Below the pieces are notes generated by a model that saw only the letters and a list, made by a program, of their open reading frames with translations, did not search any database and had not been told where the DNA came from. 64,000 bases of DNA from Candidatus Iainarchaeum sp. (GTDB taxonomy: Archaea; Iainarchaeota; Iainarchaeia; Iainarchaeales; JAXPJC01): positions 1,118 to 65,117 of the forward strand of contig JACPJC010000009.1 of assembly GCA_016187745.1 (NCBI GenBank), given 5' to 3'. The translations under genes and the position numbers were made by a program. Positions within the stretch are counted from its first letter, which is position 1; the number at the start of each line of letters is the position of its first letter. This document shows, piece by piece, positions 19,429 to 29,466 of this stretch.

Positions 19429-19698
19429 AATTCTTCACCCCTTATAGTGAATCTGCCGGAATTTTTAATTTATAAAGCTTTCGGCTTTTTAAACCCTAAT
19501 TATATAAGGGCGGGATAAGGCTTTAAAAAGGATATCTATTCAGTTGCGCGGGGGAACGGGGGCGCGGAAAGCGGATGCGCCCCCATAAAATGGTTATAAA
19601 AAGGTTTTCCTAGGACTTTATATATAGTTAAGAGAGGGAGTTTGGCATATTCATAAAAAGAATTGGATAGCACAGCAAATCAATTGGGAGTGAAACTT

Positions 19699-20001
19699 AT
19701 GGCATGCAAGAAAGCAAGGGGAAAAAGGGCGAAAACCCGCGACAAGTTCAAGATGAAGGGCACAAAGCTCAGCGTGAGCAGGGAACTGGCCGAAGTGGCC
19801 ATGGGGGCAAAGGCGCAGATAACTGTAAATCCGTCAATGCATTCCGGAATGCCTGTGGCGCGCTACCAGGGAAGGACTGTTGATGTTGTCGGAAAGCAGG
19901 GCAGCATGCTGAATGTCTCGCTGATGGAAAGCAAGGGGAAAAAGAACTTTCTGGTCCATCCGGCGCACCTTACACTCGCAAAGAAGGAGGAAGCGTCATG
20001 A
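19699..20001 (+). CDS. rpl21e: 50S ribosomal protein L21e
   Basis: GKRAKTR, PSMHSGMP.RYQGRT, VHPAHL. Upstream of rpoF. Confidence 0.93.
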   Translation: MACKKARGKRAKTRDKFKMKGTKLSVSRELAEVAMGAKAQITVNPSMHSGMPVARYQGRTVDVVGKQGSMLNVSLMESKGKKNFLVHPAHLTLAKKEEAS

Positions 20002-20336
20002 TCGGGAAGAAAATGATTTCAATGAGGCAGATTCCGCTTTATGAAGTTAAGGAGATCCTTGAGCAGCGCCAGGAAAAATCGGAATTGGGATACGAGCAGA
20101 AACTGACTCACGATTATGTGAAGAAATTCGCGAAAATCTCCGAGGCAAAGGGCAGGAAGGCGCTTGCGGAGATAAAGGCGATTGAGAGCATGGATGACGC
20201 GCTTGCAATAAAAATAATCGATTCAATGCCCGGGAACATTGATGTGCTGCGCCTGCTCATCCCGAAGGGAAGCAGGATTACGGAAGAGCAGCAGCAGAAT
20301 ATACTGAAGATCGTGGGAACATACAGCAAGAAGTAA
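19998..20336 (+). CDS. rpoF: RNA polymerase subunit Rpo4 (RpoF)
   Basis: EVKEIL, ELGYEQKLTHDYVKKF, IKIIDSMP; conserved rpl21e-rpoF-DUF655 synteny. Confidence 0.9.
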   Translation: MIGKKMISMRQIPLYEVKEILEQRQEKSELGYEQKLTHDYVKKFAKISEAKGRKALAEIKAIESMDDALAIKIIDSMPGNIDVLRLLIPKGSRITEEQQQNILKIVGTYSKK

Positions 20337-20368
20337 TGTTAGTAAAGCCAATAATGGAGCGGAGAGAA

Positions 20369-20956
20369 ATGCTTACTGAAGAAAACGCAATTGTGCTGGA
20401 TTACCTGGCGAGGGGCAAGCCCAGCAGCTACAAGACCGAGGCAGTTGCGCAGGTAATAGGAACGGAGCATTTCACCCTGCTTGAGATAGTCCCTAAAGCC
20501 GAACTGAAAACAATGGAAGAGGTCTACATAGGGAGGGAAGAAAGGGAAAAGGTGGAAAGGATAAAGCAGCGCATCACATACGGGGAGCTCACAAACAATT
20601 CAATTGCGGAGATTGAAAAGGCAATAGAAACAATTGTCGGCAGGAATGAGAAAAGGTTTGTCGAGTTTTTCAATACAGCAGGCTCAATTACAATACGCAG
20701 GCACACGCTTGAATTGCTTCCGGGAATGGGAAAAAAGCACCTGTTCAGCATCCTTGAGGAAAGGCAGAAAAAGCCGTTTGAATCCTTCTCGGACATTGAG
20801 CAGCGCGTGCATCTTATGCCCAGCGTCCTGCACACGATAGTGAAGCGCATAGTCGAGGAGCTCATGGGCGAGGCCGAAAAGCACTATCTTTTCGCAAGGC
20901 CGCCTGTAAAGAAAGAGGAATTCTTCCAGGGCAGGCGCGAGAGGGAAAGCTTTTAA
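20369..20956 (+). CDS. DUF655 putative RNA-binding protein
   Basis: AIVLDYL, QVIGTEHFTLLE, HTLELLPGMGKK, PFESFSDI. Confidence 0.9.
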   Translation: MLTEENAIVLDYLARGKPSSYKTEAVAQVIGTEHFTLLEIVPKAELKTMEEVYIGREEREKVERIKQRITYGELTNNSIAEIEKAIETIVGRNEKRFVEFFNTAGSITIRRHTLELLPGMGKKHLFSILEERQKKPFESFSDIEQRVHLMPSVLHTIVKRIVEELMGEAEKHYLFARPPVKKEEFFQGRRERESF

Positions 20957-20998
20957 TAATGTAATTACATACTAATAAGCAAATAAGGGGGGCAGAAA

Positions 20999-21556
20999 AT
21001 GGTATGGGAATGGGTCGCAGTAGGGATTGTTGTTGTAATAGCGGTAATTCTGGTTCTTATATACAACGGGCTTATTGGACTGCGCAACCGCATGCAGAAT
21101 GCATGGGCGCAGATTGATGTTCAATTGAAGAGGCGCGCGGATTTGATTCCGAACCTTGTAGAAGCAGTAAAGGGCTACATGAAGCACGAAAAGGGCGTTT
21201 TTGAGAACGTTACAAAAGCCCGCTCGGCAATGCTCAGCGCAGGAAGCGTAAAGGAGAAGGCGCAGGCGGACAACATGCTCACAGGCGCGCTGAAAACGCT
21301 TTTCGCAGTAGCGGAGAATTATCCCGCGCTGCGCGCTTCGGAGAATTTCAACATGCTGCAGGAAGAGCTTTCCGGAACTGAAAGCAAGATTGCATACGCA
21401 AGGCAGTTCTATAACGATTCCATAATGGCATACAACATGGGCCTCCAGACCTTCCCAAACAACATTGTTGCGGGGGCGCTCGGCTTCAGGCAGACCAGCG
21501 ATTACTTCGAAGCGGGGGCGGCTGAAAGGGCGCCTGTAAAAGTGAAATTTGAGTAG
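20999..21556 (+). CDS. lemA: LemA family protein
   Basis: N-terminal [37 protein letters not shown]. Confidence 0.95.
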   Translation: MVWEWVAVGIVVVIAVILVLIYNGLIGLRNRMQNAWAQIDVQLKRRADLIPNLVEAVKGYMKHEKGVFENVTKARSAMLSAGSVKEKAQADNMLTGALKTLFAVAENYPALRASENFNMLQEELSGTESKIAYARQFYNDSIMAYNMGLQTFPNNIVAGALGFRQTSDYFEAGAAERAPVKVKFE

Positions 21557-21562
21557 GCATAA

Positions 21563-22459
21563 GTGAATGCGATGCCGAATGCGCAGCATATTTCGGTTTA
21601 TAACAGGATTTCCGCGAACAGGAGCAAGTCGCTGATTCTCTTTTCCCTGTTTTTTGTTTTCATAGTATTTCTGGGATACACATTCGGAATGCTTTTCGGA
21701 AGCGCGTATTTCGGGCTGGTAATTGCCTTTGTCATTGCAATTCTGCTTTCCTTTGCCTCCTACTACTATTCTGATTCAATAGTTTTGGGAATTTCCAGCG
21801 CAAGGGAAGTGAAGCACAGCGAATTCCCCTTCCTTGACAATGCTGTTGAGGGATTGGCAATTGCCTCGGGGCTTCCAAAGCCAAGGCTTTACATAATAAA
21901 TGACACTGCCCCCAATGCATTTGCAACAGGGAGGAACCCCCAAAAATCAGTAATATGCGTAACGTCCGGCCTGCTGCAAAAGCTGAACCGGAACGAACTT
22001 GAAGCAGTTCTCGGGCATGAAATGTCGCACATAAAGAATTATGACACGCGCCTGATGGTAATTACAGTTGTTCTTGTGGGAGTTATAGTCCTCATGAGCG
22101 ACTGGATAATAAGGAGCCTGTGGTATGGAAGAAGCGGCAGCAGGAATATGGGAAAAGCAGAGTGGATAATTCTTGCAATTGGAATCGTATTTGCAATATT
22201 AAGCCCATTCATAGCGCAGATAATAAAAATGGCAATTTCGCGCAGGCGCGAATTCCTTGCGGATGCGGATTCGGCGCTCCTTACAAAGAACCCCCCGGCG
22301 CTCGCGAGCGCACTTGAAAAAATTTCAAATGATAAAGACAAGGCAACAGCGCACCTCTATATTATTAATCCATTAAAAAATTACAAGGGCTGGCTTGACA
22401 ATTTATTCAGCACCCATCCCCCCATAAAAGAGCGCATTGCCGCGCTGAGGGAAATGTAA
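21563..22459 (+). CDS. htpX: M48 zinc metalloprotease HtpX
   Basis: PNAFATG, HEMSH, SRRREFLAD, FSTHPP. Confidence 0.93.
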   Translation: MNAMPNAQHISVYNRISANRSKSLILFSLFFVFIVFLGYTFGMLFGSAYFGLVIAFVIAILLSFASYYYSDSIVLGISSAREVKHSEFPFLDNAVEGLAIASGLPKPRLYIINDTAPNAFATGRNPQKSVICVTSGLLQKLNRNELEAVLGHEMSHIKNYDTRLMVITVVLVGVIVLMSDWIIRSLWYGRSGSRNMGKAEWIILAIGIVFAILSPFIAQIIKMAISRRREFLADADSALLTKNPPALASALEKISNDKDKATAHLYIINPLKNYKGWLDNLFSTHPPIKERIAALREM

Positions 22460-22469
22460 TAGTGGTCCT

Positions 22470-23282
22470 ATGCCGCTGATTGCAGAGCTGAATTCGCTGA
22501 TGCGCAGGTACCGCTTCACTCCCAACAGAAAATTGAACCAGTGCTTCCTTATTGATGAATCAATAATAAAAAAATTCATCCATGAGCTTTCCCCGAAGAA
22601 AAATGAGGCAATACTCGAGATTGCGCCGGGCGCCGGCTTCCTTACACTGGAGCTTGCGAAGAAATCAGGTGTGATTGCAATTGAGCAGGATGCGGCGCTT
22701 TTTGAAATGCTGAAGCAGGAAATTGCCCCGGGGAATGCGAATTTTTATAATGGGAAAATAATTGAAATCCTGCATCTGCTCCCGGAATTCAGCAAGGTTG
22801 CCTGCTCCCAGCCCTATGCGCTTTCCTCGGAGGAGATGTTCGCCCTGCTCTCAAGGGATTTTGAGCTGGCGGTCCTTGCTTTCCAGGTGGAATTTGCGGA
22901 AAAGCTGCTTGCGGAGCCGGGCTTCATTGATTATTCCGCGCTTTCGGTAATGGCAAATTATTTCTACAGCGCGGAAATGATTTCCAGAATTCCCGGAAAT
23001 TCCTTCTTTCCCAATGCGCCGGGCCAGATTGCAATGCTGAAGATGAGATCCAGGGGCAAATTCCCGGAAATAAGGGATCCTGCGCTTTTCGGGAAATTCC
23101 TCAGGTCCCTTTTCAGGTTCAGGAACAAGAACCTCTCAAATGCGCTTCAGAATATCTCGAAAATTATGGGGGATGAAATGCCAAAAGGAAAAATTCCCAA
23201 AAACAGCAGACTTGCCGATGAAAAGATTTACCTTATCAGGCCTAAGGATTTTGTGAATCTCTACAGGGAAATCTTCCAGTAG
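22470..23282 (+). CDS. ksgA: KsgA/Dim1 family rRNA adenine dimethyltransferase, divergent motifs
   Basis: NQCFLID, ILEIAPGAGFLT, IEQD, QVEFAEKL, SFFP; conserved locus after DUF655. Confidence 0.8.
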   Translation: MPLIAELNSLMRRYRFTPNRKLNQCFLIDESIIKKFIHELSPKKNEAILEIAPGAGFLTLELAKKSGVIAIEQDAALFEMLKQEIAPGNANFYNGKIIEILHLLPEFSKVACSQPYALSSEEMFALLSRDFELAVLAFQVEFAEKLLAEPGFIDYSALSVMANYFYSAEMISRIPGNSFFPNAPGQIAMLKMRSRGKFPEIRDPALFGKFLRSLFRFRNKNLSNALQNISKIMGDEMPKGKIPKNSRLADEKIYLIRPKDFVNLYREIFQ

Positions 23283-23283
23283 G

Positions 23284-24834
23284 CTACTCAAATTTCTCAA
23301 GCACTATGTCGCCGGTTTCAACTGCGCTGTTCTTTTTCGCGAACTCCCCCGCAAGCTCCAGTTTCCTCATGTTCTCGGCATAAACCTCAAACAGCGGCTG
23401 CTCGGGCTTCAATTTCTCCCCCTTTGAAACAAGCAGCATTACCCCCGCCCTTTTGTCAGCGGGAGCCCCCGCAATCCTTGCGATAGTGCTGAGCAATCTC
23501 ACATTTATGCTCTTCACGGTGCCATCTCCCTTTGCCCGCACAACATGCTTGAATTTCGCAAGCTTTGCATCCTCGGAGCTAAATATTTTGCCCCCCTGCG
23601 CCTTTATTATCTGCCTCATCTTCTCAAGCGCCTTTTTGTTCGCAAGCAGCTGCTTCGCGGCGGCAAAGCCCTTCCCGCGCTGCGCCTTTCCGCACAGTTC
23701 GAGCAGCGCGCCGGCAAGCTCGCAGGATTTCTGCGCAAGGTTGTCAAATCTCCTGCCTTCAAGTATTTCCATTACATATTTCGCCTCAAGCGCGGGCCCG
23801 AACGCCTTTCCCGAGGGCTCAGTACCATCAGTAATCAGCGCTTCCACTCTCATCCCAAGTTTTTTCCCAACTTCAACAAATTTCTTCGCAAGGTTCTCAG
23901 CGCGCTCGCGCGTCTGGATTTTCACATCAGGCCCCACCGGAAGATCAAAAACAACATACTTCGCGCCGACGCTTGCCTTTTTGCTTACAACGCTTGCAAT
24001 TATCTGCCCTTCCGGGTCCAAGGCAAGGGGGTGCTCAATCTTTATTATCTTGTCATCCACGGGGGCCAGATCGACAGCGCCCCCCCATACAATTACCCCG
24101 CCGATTTTTTCGGTAATTGATTTTATCTGCCCGATTGAAAGATTTACTGGCGCAAGGACTTCCATCGCGTCCGCCGTTCCGGCGCAGCTCGTAACCGCCC
24201 TTGAGGAAGTTTTCGGAATGTAGCAGCCTGCTGCAGCAACTATTGGCACAACAATCATTGTAGCCCTGCCGTTTATCCCTCCGATGCAGTGCTTGTCCAC
24301 TACAGGAGTTTTGTCAATCTTCAGCTGCTTTCCATCAAGCAATAGCGCTTTTGTCATTGAGGTTGTTTCATCCAAGTCAAACCCGTGTATGTAAACTGCG
24401 GCCATGAATGCGCTTATTTCAATCTCATCCAGCTTGTTTTTCCCGATGTCGCGCACTATTTCTGAAATTTCCTCAAAGGAGAGCTTATCCCCCTTCATCT
24501 TCTTTTTTATGTAAGCAACGCTGTCAGGCTGCGGGCTTGCCTTCACTTCAAGGAAACCGCATTTTTTTATTCCCAGTTCCCTGCTGACATCCCTGAACAA
24601 TCCAATTTCATTCTTCTTTACCATTGTTGTTGTGAGGTCTGCAACAGTTGTTACGCGCATCTTCGTTATCGGGCAGTAAATTTCAATCCTGTCAAGGGGC
24701 ATTACCCCGAGCTCCTTCGCATCAATCTCGTGGATTATTGCAATCAGCTTCCTCGCCTCAATGTCGAACAGTTTAGCGCGCATTTTCTGCACGTAATGCG
24801 AATTTCCGTTCTTTGTTTTTATCTGGTCTGCCAT
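23284..24834 (-). CDS. deoA: AMP phosphorylase (thymidine phosphorylase family)
   Basis: N-terminal double-psi-like domain, DKHCIGG, KTSSRAVTS.AGTAD, SVVSKK, GPALEA. Confidence 0.92.
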   Translation of the reverse strand: MADQIKTKNGNSHYVQKMRAKLFDIEARKLIAIIHEIDAKELGVMPLDRIEIYCPITKMRVTTVADLTTTMVKKNEIGLFRDVSRELGIKKCGFLEVKASPQPDSVAYIKKKMKGDKLSFEEISEIVRDIGKNKLDEIEISAFMAAVYIHGFDLDETTSMTKALLLDGKQLKIDKTPVVDKHCIGGINGRATMIVVPIVAAAGCYIPKTSSRAVTSCAGTADAMEVLAPVNLSIGQIKSITEKIGGVIVWGGAVDLAPVDDKIIKIEHPLALDPEGQIIASVVSKKASVGAKYVVFDLPVGPDVKIQTRERAENLAKKFVEVGKKLGMRVEALITDGTEPSGKAFGPALEAKYVMEILEGRRFDNLAQKSCELAGALLELCGKAQRGKGFAAAKQLLANKKALEKMRQIIKAQGGKIFSSEDAKLAKFKHVVRAKGDGTVKSINVRLLSTIARIAGAPADKRAGVMLLVSKGEKLKPEQPLFEVYAENMRKLELAGEFAKKNSAVETGDIVLEKFE

Positions 24835-25061
24835 TTTTTCATTCCAAATAAGAAAATGTTGTGAAATAAAATGGAATTCCTTATTTAATATCCTTTTGTT
24901 GGGAAAAAACCGCTTAGCGAAAGCTTTATATAGTATGGAAACCTAATATTTTAGTTTGTTTTTGTTCGGATTTGTTATCCGCAGCAATTTATAAACAAAA
25001 GCATATAATATAATTGTCTTCGTTAAGAGAGAAAGAGAGAAAAAGGAGAGGGTGATAAATT

Positions 25062-25421
25062 ATGAGTCTGGTTTCATTGACATTCGGCTCCAACAGGCAG
25101 CAAATGTCTGTCGGAAAAACTGTTGAAGTTATAAGGCCATGGGACAATATCAGGATTGACCCCGCTGTTGAGAACAGGCTGGAAGTGAAGAAGGTTTCCA
25201 CTTTCCTGAATTTTGATTACCCCTACATCATTGGCGAAATCCTGCAGGGCGCGGTGCGCGAGGGCATGAAGGGAACATGCAATGGGATTGAATTTACCAT
25301 TGAGGAAGTCAATTCCAAATACGGCGCAATCGCGAAGGCAGGAATGACTGTGGGGATAGTAGTGAAGGGAATTTCAAAAGAGCAGATAAACGCGGGCGAA
25401 GTAATTATACTGATGCAGTAG
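25062..25421 (+). CDS. Small protein with EF-Tu domain II-like beta-barrel
   Basis: IIGEILQGAVREGM and AKAGMTVGIVVKGISKEQINAGEVI resemble translation-factor domain II. Confidence 0.6.
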   Translation: MSLVSLTFGSNRQQMSVGKTVEVIRPWDNIRIDPAVENRLEVKKVSTFLNFDYPYIIGEILQGAVREGMKGTCNGIEFTIEEVNSKYGAIAKAGMTVGIVVKGISKEQINAGEVIILMQ

Positions 25422-25482
25422 AATTTCAATTTTATATACTTCGGCAATCGTCTTAATAATACTTTTTGTTCCTTATTCTATT

Positions 25483-25899
25483 ATGCGCCTTTATTTGGAT
25501 TCAAATGTACTGATAAGCATTATACGCTCTGAGATTGGAAAAGGATTCGAACAGATGTATCAGAAAGTTGAAGAATTCTTCTTAAAATCCGGGAAAGATT
25601 CAATTTTTGTCTTGTCAGGCCTGGCATTAAAAGAAACAACAAAAATATGCTGTCTTGGCAAGAAAGAGATAATAGATTTTATCAGACAATACAATCTCAA
25701 ATTTGAGTTAGTTGAACCAATAAGGGCAGACTATATTGCGTCTAAAGAATTTATCAGGAGGAAGATTCATTATCCTGATTCGCTGCATCTTGCAATCGCC
25801 ATAAGGACAGAATGCGATGCGCTAGTCACCTGGAACCTCTCTGATTTTGAAAATGCGCAGGAAATTATAGATATAAGGCGGCCAGCGGATTTCATTTGA
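25483..25899 (+). CDS. PIN-domain (VapC-like) nuclease
   Basis: LYLDSNV, E, DSLHLAIA, LVTWNLSDF. Confidence 0.85.
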   Translation: MRLYLDSNVLISIIRSEIGKGFEQMYQKVEEFFLKSGKDSIFVLSGLALKETTKICCLGKKEIIDFIRQYNLKFELVEPIRADYIASKEFIRRKIHYPDSLHLAIAIRTECDALVTWNLSDFENAQEIIDIRRPADFI

Positions 25900-26179
25900 T
25901 GATTCCGATTTCCCTTAAATAACTGTCTGCAATCTTTGCCCTTTCTTCTCTCGTTGGAAGTTTGCCTTTATAACCGCGCTTTAGCGCAAGTTTTGAAAGC
26001 CTTTTCGCCCCTTTTCTGAATTCACTCAATTTTTGCTGTTTTTCAACAAGCTCGATGGTTTTCTCCCTGATTGCATCCTTTATGAATTCGCTCCGCGAGG
26101 AATAGATTCGTGTCTTGTCCAGAACAGCATCCACATTCTTCACAAATTCCTTGTCAACCAGGACGCTTAAAGTAGGCAT
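25892..26179 (-). CDS. Ribbon-helix-helix (CopG/NikR-type) protein, possible antitoxin
   Basis: TLSVLVD...YSSRSEFIKDAIRE. Confidence 0.8.
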   Translation of the reverse strand: MPTLSVLVDKEFVKNVDAVLDKTRIYSSRSEFIKDAIREKTIELVEKQQKLSEFRKGAKRLSKLALKRGYKGKLPTREERAKIADSYLREIGIIK

Positions 26180-26221
26180 AGTTATATATGACTAACAAGA
26201 ACAATTTATAAATATAGCATT

Positions 26222-26932
26222 TCAGCGCATTAAAGCAGCTGTCATTTCTTTTGCAGCTGCATTAATATCTCCGGCGCCATACAATGCCCTTCCGACAATC
26301 GCATGCCAGTTTTTTCCTGCCGCTTTTGCGGATTCCGTAATTTCCCCTCCCTGCGCAATCAGCCCCGGGGAATACAATATCGGCTCAATTCCCTTCGCTT
26401 CAAGCAATTTTTTATACTCCAAAATTTTCTCAGGCTTGTTTCCAGGAACTACAAAATCCCTGATGCCCAAATCAGCGGCAATCTCATATATTCGCTTCGG
26501 CGCATCATCAGCGATGAACCCAGAATCCTTCTGCAGATAATTCGCATGCGTCATTTCCCCGCCGACAATTATCCCGATTCCCGCCTTCTTTGCGGATTCT
26601 ATCCACGCCTTTTCAGTAGCAGGGCCGGCCTGCGGGAAGAAAATTATTGAATCAGCCCCGCAGTTCTTGCAGGCATTTACAAATTTCTCTCCCAATTCAG
26701 GAATGTCTGTTGCCGCCTTCTGGTGGTCATAAATAATTGGAAGTTCAGTGTGTTTTCTAACGGCTTCAACAACTTTTTTTAATCCAAAGGGTATTGCGAG
26801 CTCCAATCCCACTTTATATGCGCCAATCCCCTCAACATCACAGGTCTCAGCAACAAGCTTTTCAAGCATGCCCAAATTGTTTACATCGCACGCGGGAATG
26901 ATGCTCCTCTCAAGCTTGATTATCTTTTCCAT
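26222..26932 (-). CDS. pyrF: Orotidine-5'-phosphate decarboxylase
   Basis: IPACD, YKVG, YDHQKAATDIP, SPG..AQGG, IVGRALY. Confidence 0.9.
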   Translation of the reverse strand: MEKIIKLERSIIPACDVNNLGMLEKLVAETCDVEGIGAYKVGLELAIPFGLKKVVEAVRKHTELPIIYDHQKAATDIPELGEKFVNACKNCGADSIIFFPQAGPATEKAWIESAKKAGIGIIVGGEMTHANYLQKDSGFIADDAPKRIYEIAADLGIRDFVVPGNKPEKILEYKKLLEAKGIEPILYSPGLIAQGGEITESAKAAGKNWHAIVGRALYGAGDINAAAKEMTAALMR

Positions 26933-26933
26933 T

Positions 26934-27557
26934 TCATGCGCCCCTTGCCCTGCTCCACGCTTCCTGATTTCTGAAGTAATCTGAAATATCCTCAAACTGC
27001 TGCTGCGGGATTTTATTGTGCGCTTTCAGAATTTCCAGAACTTCAGAAATTTTAAGCACGGCATGCAGGCTATAGCCTTTCTCTGCAAGCTCTTTTGATC
27101 CTCCCTGCTCCCTGTCGACCAGAACCACAACATCCCTTACCTTCAATCCCTCGGATTCCAGCGGCGCAATTGCCTCAAACTTGCTTGCGCCTGTTGTAAT
27201 CAAATCATCAATCACAAGTATTGTTTCGCCGGAATTGTAAACGCCCTCAATTGCCTTTTTTGTCCCGTAATCCTTCACTTCCTTGCGCGAATATATCATC
27301 GGCTTGCCTGTTTGCAGGGAAAATGCCGTAGCAATCGCAATTGCGGCATAGGGAATTCCCGCAACGCGCTCATAGTGAAGATTGCCCGCAATACCCTTAA
27401 GCTCATTTGCCACAATTTTAAGGATTTCAGGATAGGAGACCAGAACGCGCAAATCAATGTAAATAGGGCTTTTCAGGCCTGATTTTAATGTGAATTCCCC
27501 GAACTTTACCGCGCCAACATCAAACAGCGCAATGCACAATTTTTCCTTCTCATCCAT
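26934..27557 (-). CDS. pyrE: Orotate phosphoribosyltransferase
   Basis: [33 protein letters not shown]. Confidence 0.95.
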   Translation of the reverse strand: MDEKEKLCIALFDVGAVKFGEFTLKSGLKSPIYIDLRVLVSYPEILKIVANELKGIAGNLHYERVAGIPYAAIAIATAFSLQTGKPMIYSRKEVKDYGTKKAIEGVYNSGETILVIDDLITTGASKFEAIAPLESEGLKVRDVVVLVDREQGGSKELAEKGYSLHAVLKISEVLEILKAHNKIPQQQFEDISDYFRNQEAWSRARGA

Positions 27558-28875
27558 TAAAATTCACTTCCCTTCCCCTCGCGCTTCCATCAAAATTGCC
27601 ATTGTCGTAAGCAAGATGCCCGTTTACAAATGTCTTTTCCACAAAGCCTTTTAATTTCATGCCCTCGAACGGGCTCCACCTGCACTTTGTCTGCAGCGCA
27701 TCCCCATTAACAACCCACTCTTTTTTCGTATCAATTACGCACAAATCCGCATCATAGCTGATTTCAATTGCGCCCTTGCCCTTTATCCCGAATGTCTTCG
27801 CAGGCATTTCCGAACATAATTCTGCAACGCGCTCAATTGAAATTCTGTTCTCATTTGCAGCATTAAGCATCAATGGCAGCATTGTTTCGGCTCCGGGAAC
27901 TCCGGAAGGCGCTTCCCAATAGCCTTTCTGCTTTTCCTCTTTTGTATGGGGCGCATGGTCTGTTGCAATAATGTCAATAGTTCCGTCAAATATGCCGTGC
28001 AGAAGCGCACTGTTGTCCTGCGCCCCCTTAAGCGAGGGGTTCATTTTGGCAAAATTCCCAAGCTTCCCATAATCCGCATCATTCAAGAAAAGATGGTGCG
28101 GTGTTGCTTCGCAGGTGAGATTGCCTGCGCGCTTTTCAGCAATGATTCTTTCCAATCCTGCAGAAGAAGAAACATGGCATATGTGCAGTTTATTGCCGGC
28201 TTCCCCGCGCAGGGCCAGCGCCTTTTCTATTGCTGCGAGCTCGCACCCGGAATTCCTTATTTTTGTGTGCGCTGCAACAGAATTTTCGCTTTTATACTGC
28301 TCGGAATTCTGCTTTATTATTGCCTCATCCTCCGCATGCACGCTCACAATTTTGTTATGCGCTTTTGCAATTTGGAATATCTTTTGCAGCACATTTTCAT
28401 CCTCAATCAGCATATTTCCAGTGGAGCTTCCCATAAAAACCTTGAACGAGGCAATATTTTCATTTGCAGCATTTTCCAATTCTGCCAAATTCTCAGTTGT
28501 TGTTCCAAAATGGAATCCGAAATTGCACAACAAATCTCCCTGCACCAATTTTCTTTTTTCCTCGAGCAATTCCACTGTTGTTGTTGGGGGCTTGGTATTC
28601 GGCATGTCCAGAACTGTTGTAATGCCCCCTGCAAGCGCAGCCCTGCCCCCTGAATTCCAGTCCTCCTTGTGCCCCATTCCGGGAACGCGGAAATGCACAT
28701 GCGCATCAATGCAGCCGGGAATGATTATTTTGCCCTTGCAGTCAATTTTCTGCGCAGCATCAATTTGAAGTTTGCTTAAACCAGCAATTTTTCCATCCGC
28801 AATTCCTATATTCAAATCCATAAATGAGCCGGAAACAAAAACCCTTCCATTCTCAAGCGCGCAGTCAATTTTCAT
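27550..28875 (-). CDS. pyrC: Dihydroorotase
   Basis: DAHVHFR, DMPNT, HAED, CHVS, TDHAPH; pyr operon context. Confidence 0.93.
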   Translation of the reverse strand: MKIDCALENGRVFVSGSFMDLNIGIADGKIAGLSKLQIDAAQKIDCKGKIIIPGCIDAHVHFRVPGMGHKEDWNSGGRAALAGGITTVLDMPNTKPPTTTVELLEEKRKLVQGDLLCNFGFHFGTTTENLAELENAANENIASFKVFMGSSTGNMLIEDENVLQKIFQIAKAHNKIVSVHAEDEAIIKQNSEQYKSENSVAAHTKIRNSGCELAAIEKALALRGEAGNKLHICHVSSSAGLERIIAEKRAGNLTCEATPHHLFLNDADYGKLGNFAKMNPSLKGAQDNSALLHGIFDGTIDIIATDHAPHTKEEKQKGYWEAPSGVPGAETMLPLMLNAANENRISIERVAELCSEMPAKTFGIKGKGAIEISYDADLCVIDTKKEWVVNGDALQTKCRWSPFEGMKLKGFVEKTFVNGHLAYDNGNFDGSARGREVNFNG

Positions 28876-28887
28876 TTTTCATCCGCC

Positions 28888-29466
28888 TCATAATTTCTTA
28901 ACCAGGAATTTCTCCCCCTTTATTTTCTTAAAACCGAATCTTTTTGCTATTCCATAATACAGTGCCCTGATTGCATTCCTGCGCTCCGGGCTAAGCAGCT
29001 TCCACAATACGGCAGGATTTGCCTCAGGCCTGAGAAGCTTGACATTTATGAATTTCAGCCTTCTTGCGTGTTCTATTGCAGTGCCTACCAAATAATTCGC
29101 CCATGTTGTTTTTGCATTTTTGCCAAACAGAATTAATTTGTCCTTGAATTCCAGCCCCTGTATTTCATATATTTTCAGGGTTCCCCTGGCAAAACCAAGG
29201 GCAAGGTTTGCCAATTCCCGGCTTCTGGAATCCGCAAGCACTATTCCAAATGCCCCGGGCTGATAAGTGTGTCTTTTACTGAATTGTAATTTGTAGCCTG
29301 GAACCCCTTCTGTTGGAAATGTGCCGAGATAATGCCTTCCGTATTTTCTTCTCCTTGCGCTTTCCAGCGTGCTTAATTTCTTATATGAAATGCCAGCGCC
29401 AAGTATGGGTATTTTTATTTTTGGACCGATGTTCTGTGCAGGTTTTCCCATTATTTCTGCCTCCAT
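28888..29466 (-). CDS. Basic hypothetical protein (possible GNAT-like fold) inside the pyr operon
   Basis: 192-aa ORF filling the pyrK-pyrC gap, K/R-rich, ends LYYGIAKRFGFKK. Confidence 0.6.
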   Translation of the reverse strand: MEAEIMGKPAQNIGPKIKIPILGAGISYKKLSTLESARRRKYGRHYLGTFPTEGVPGYKLQFSKRHTYQPGAFGIVLADSRSRELANLALGFARGTLKIYEIQGLEFKDKLILFGKNAKTTWANYLVGTAIEHARRLKFINVKLLRPEANPAVLWKLLSPERRNAIRALYYGIAKRFGFKKIKGEKFLVKKL

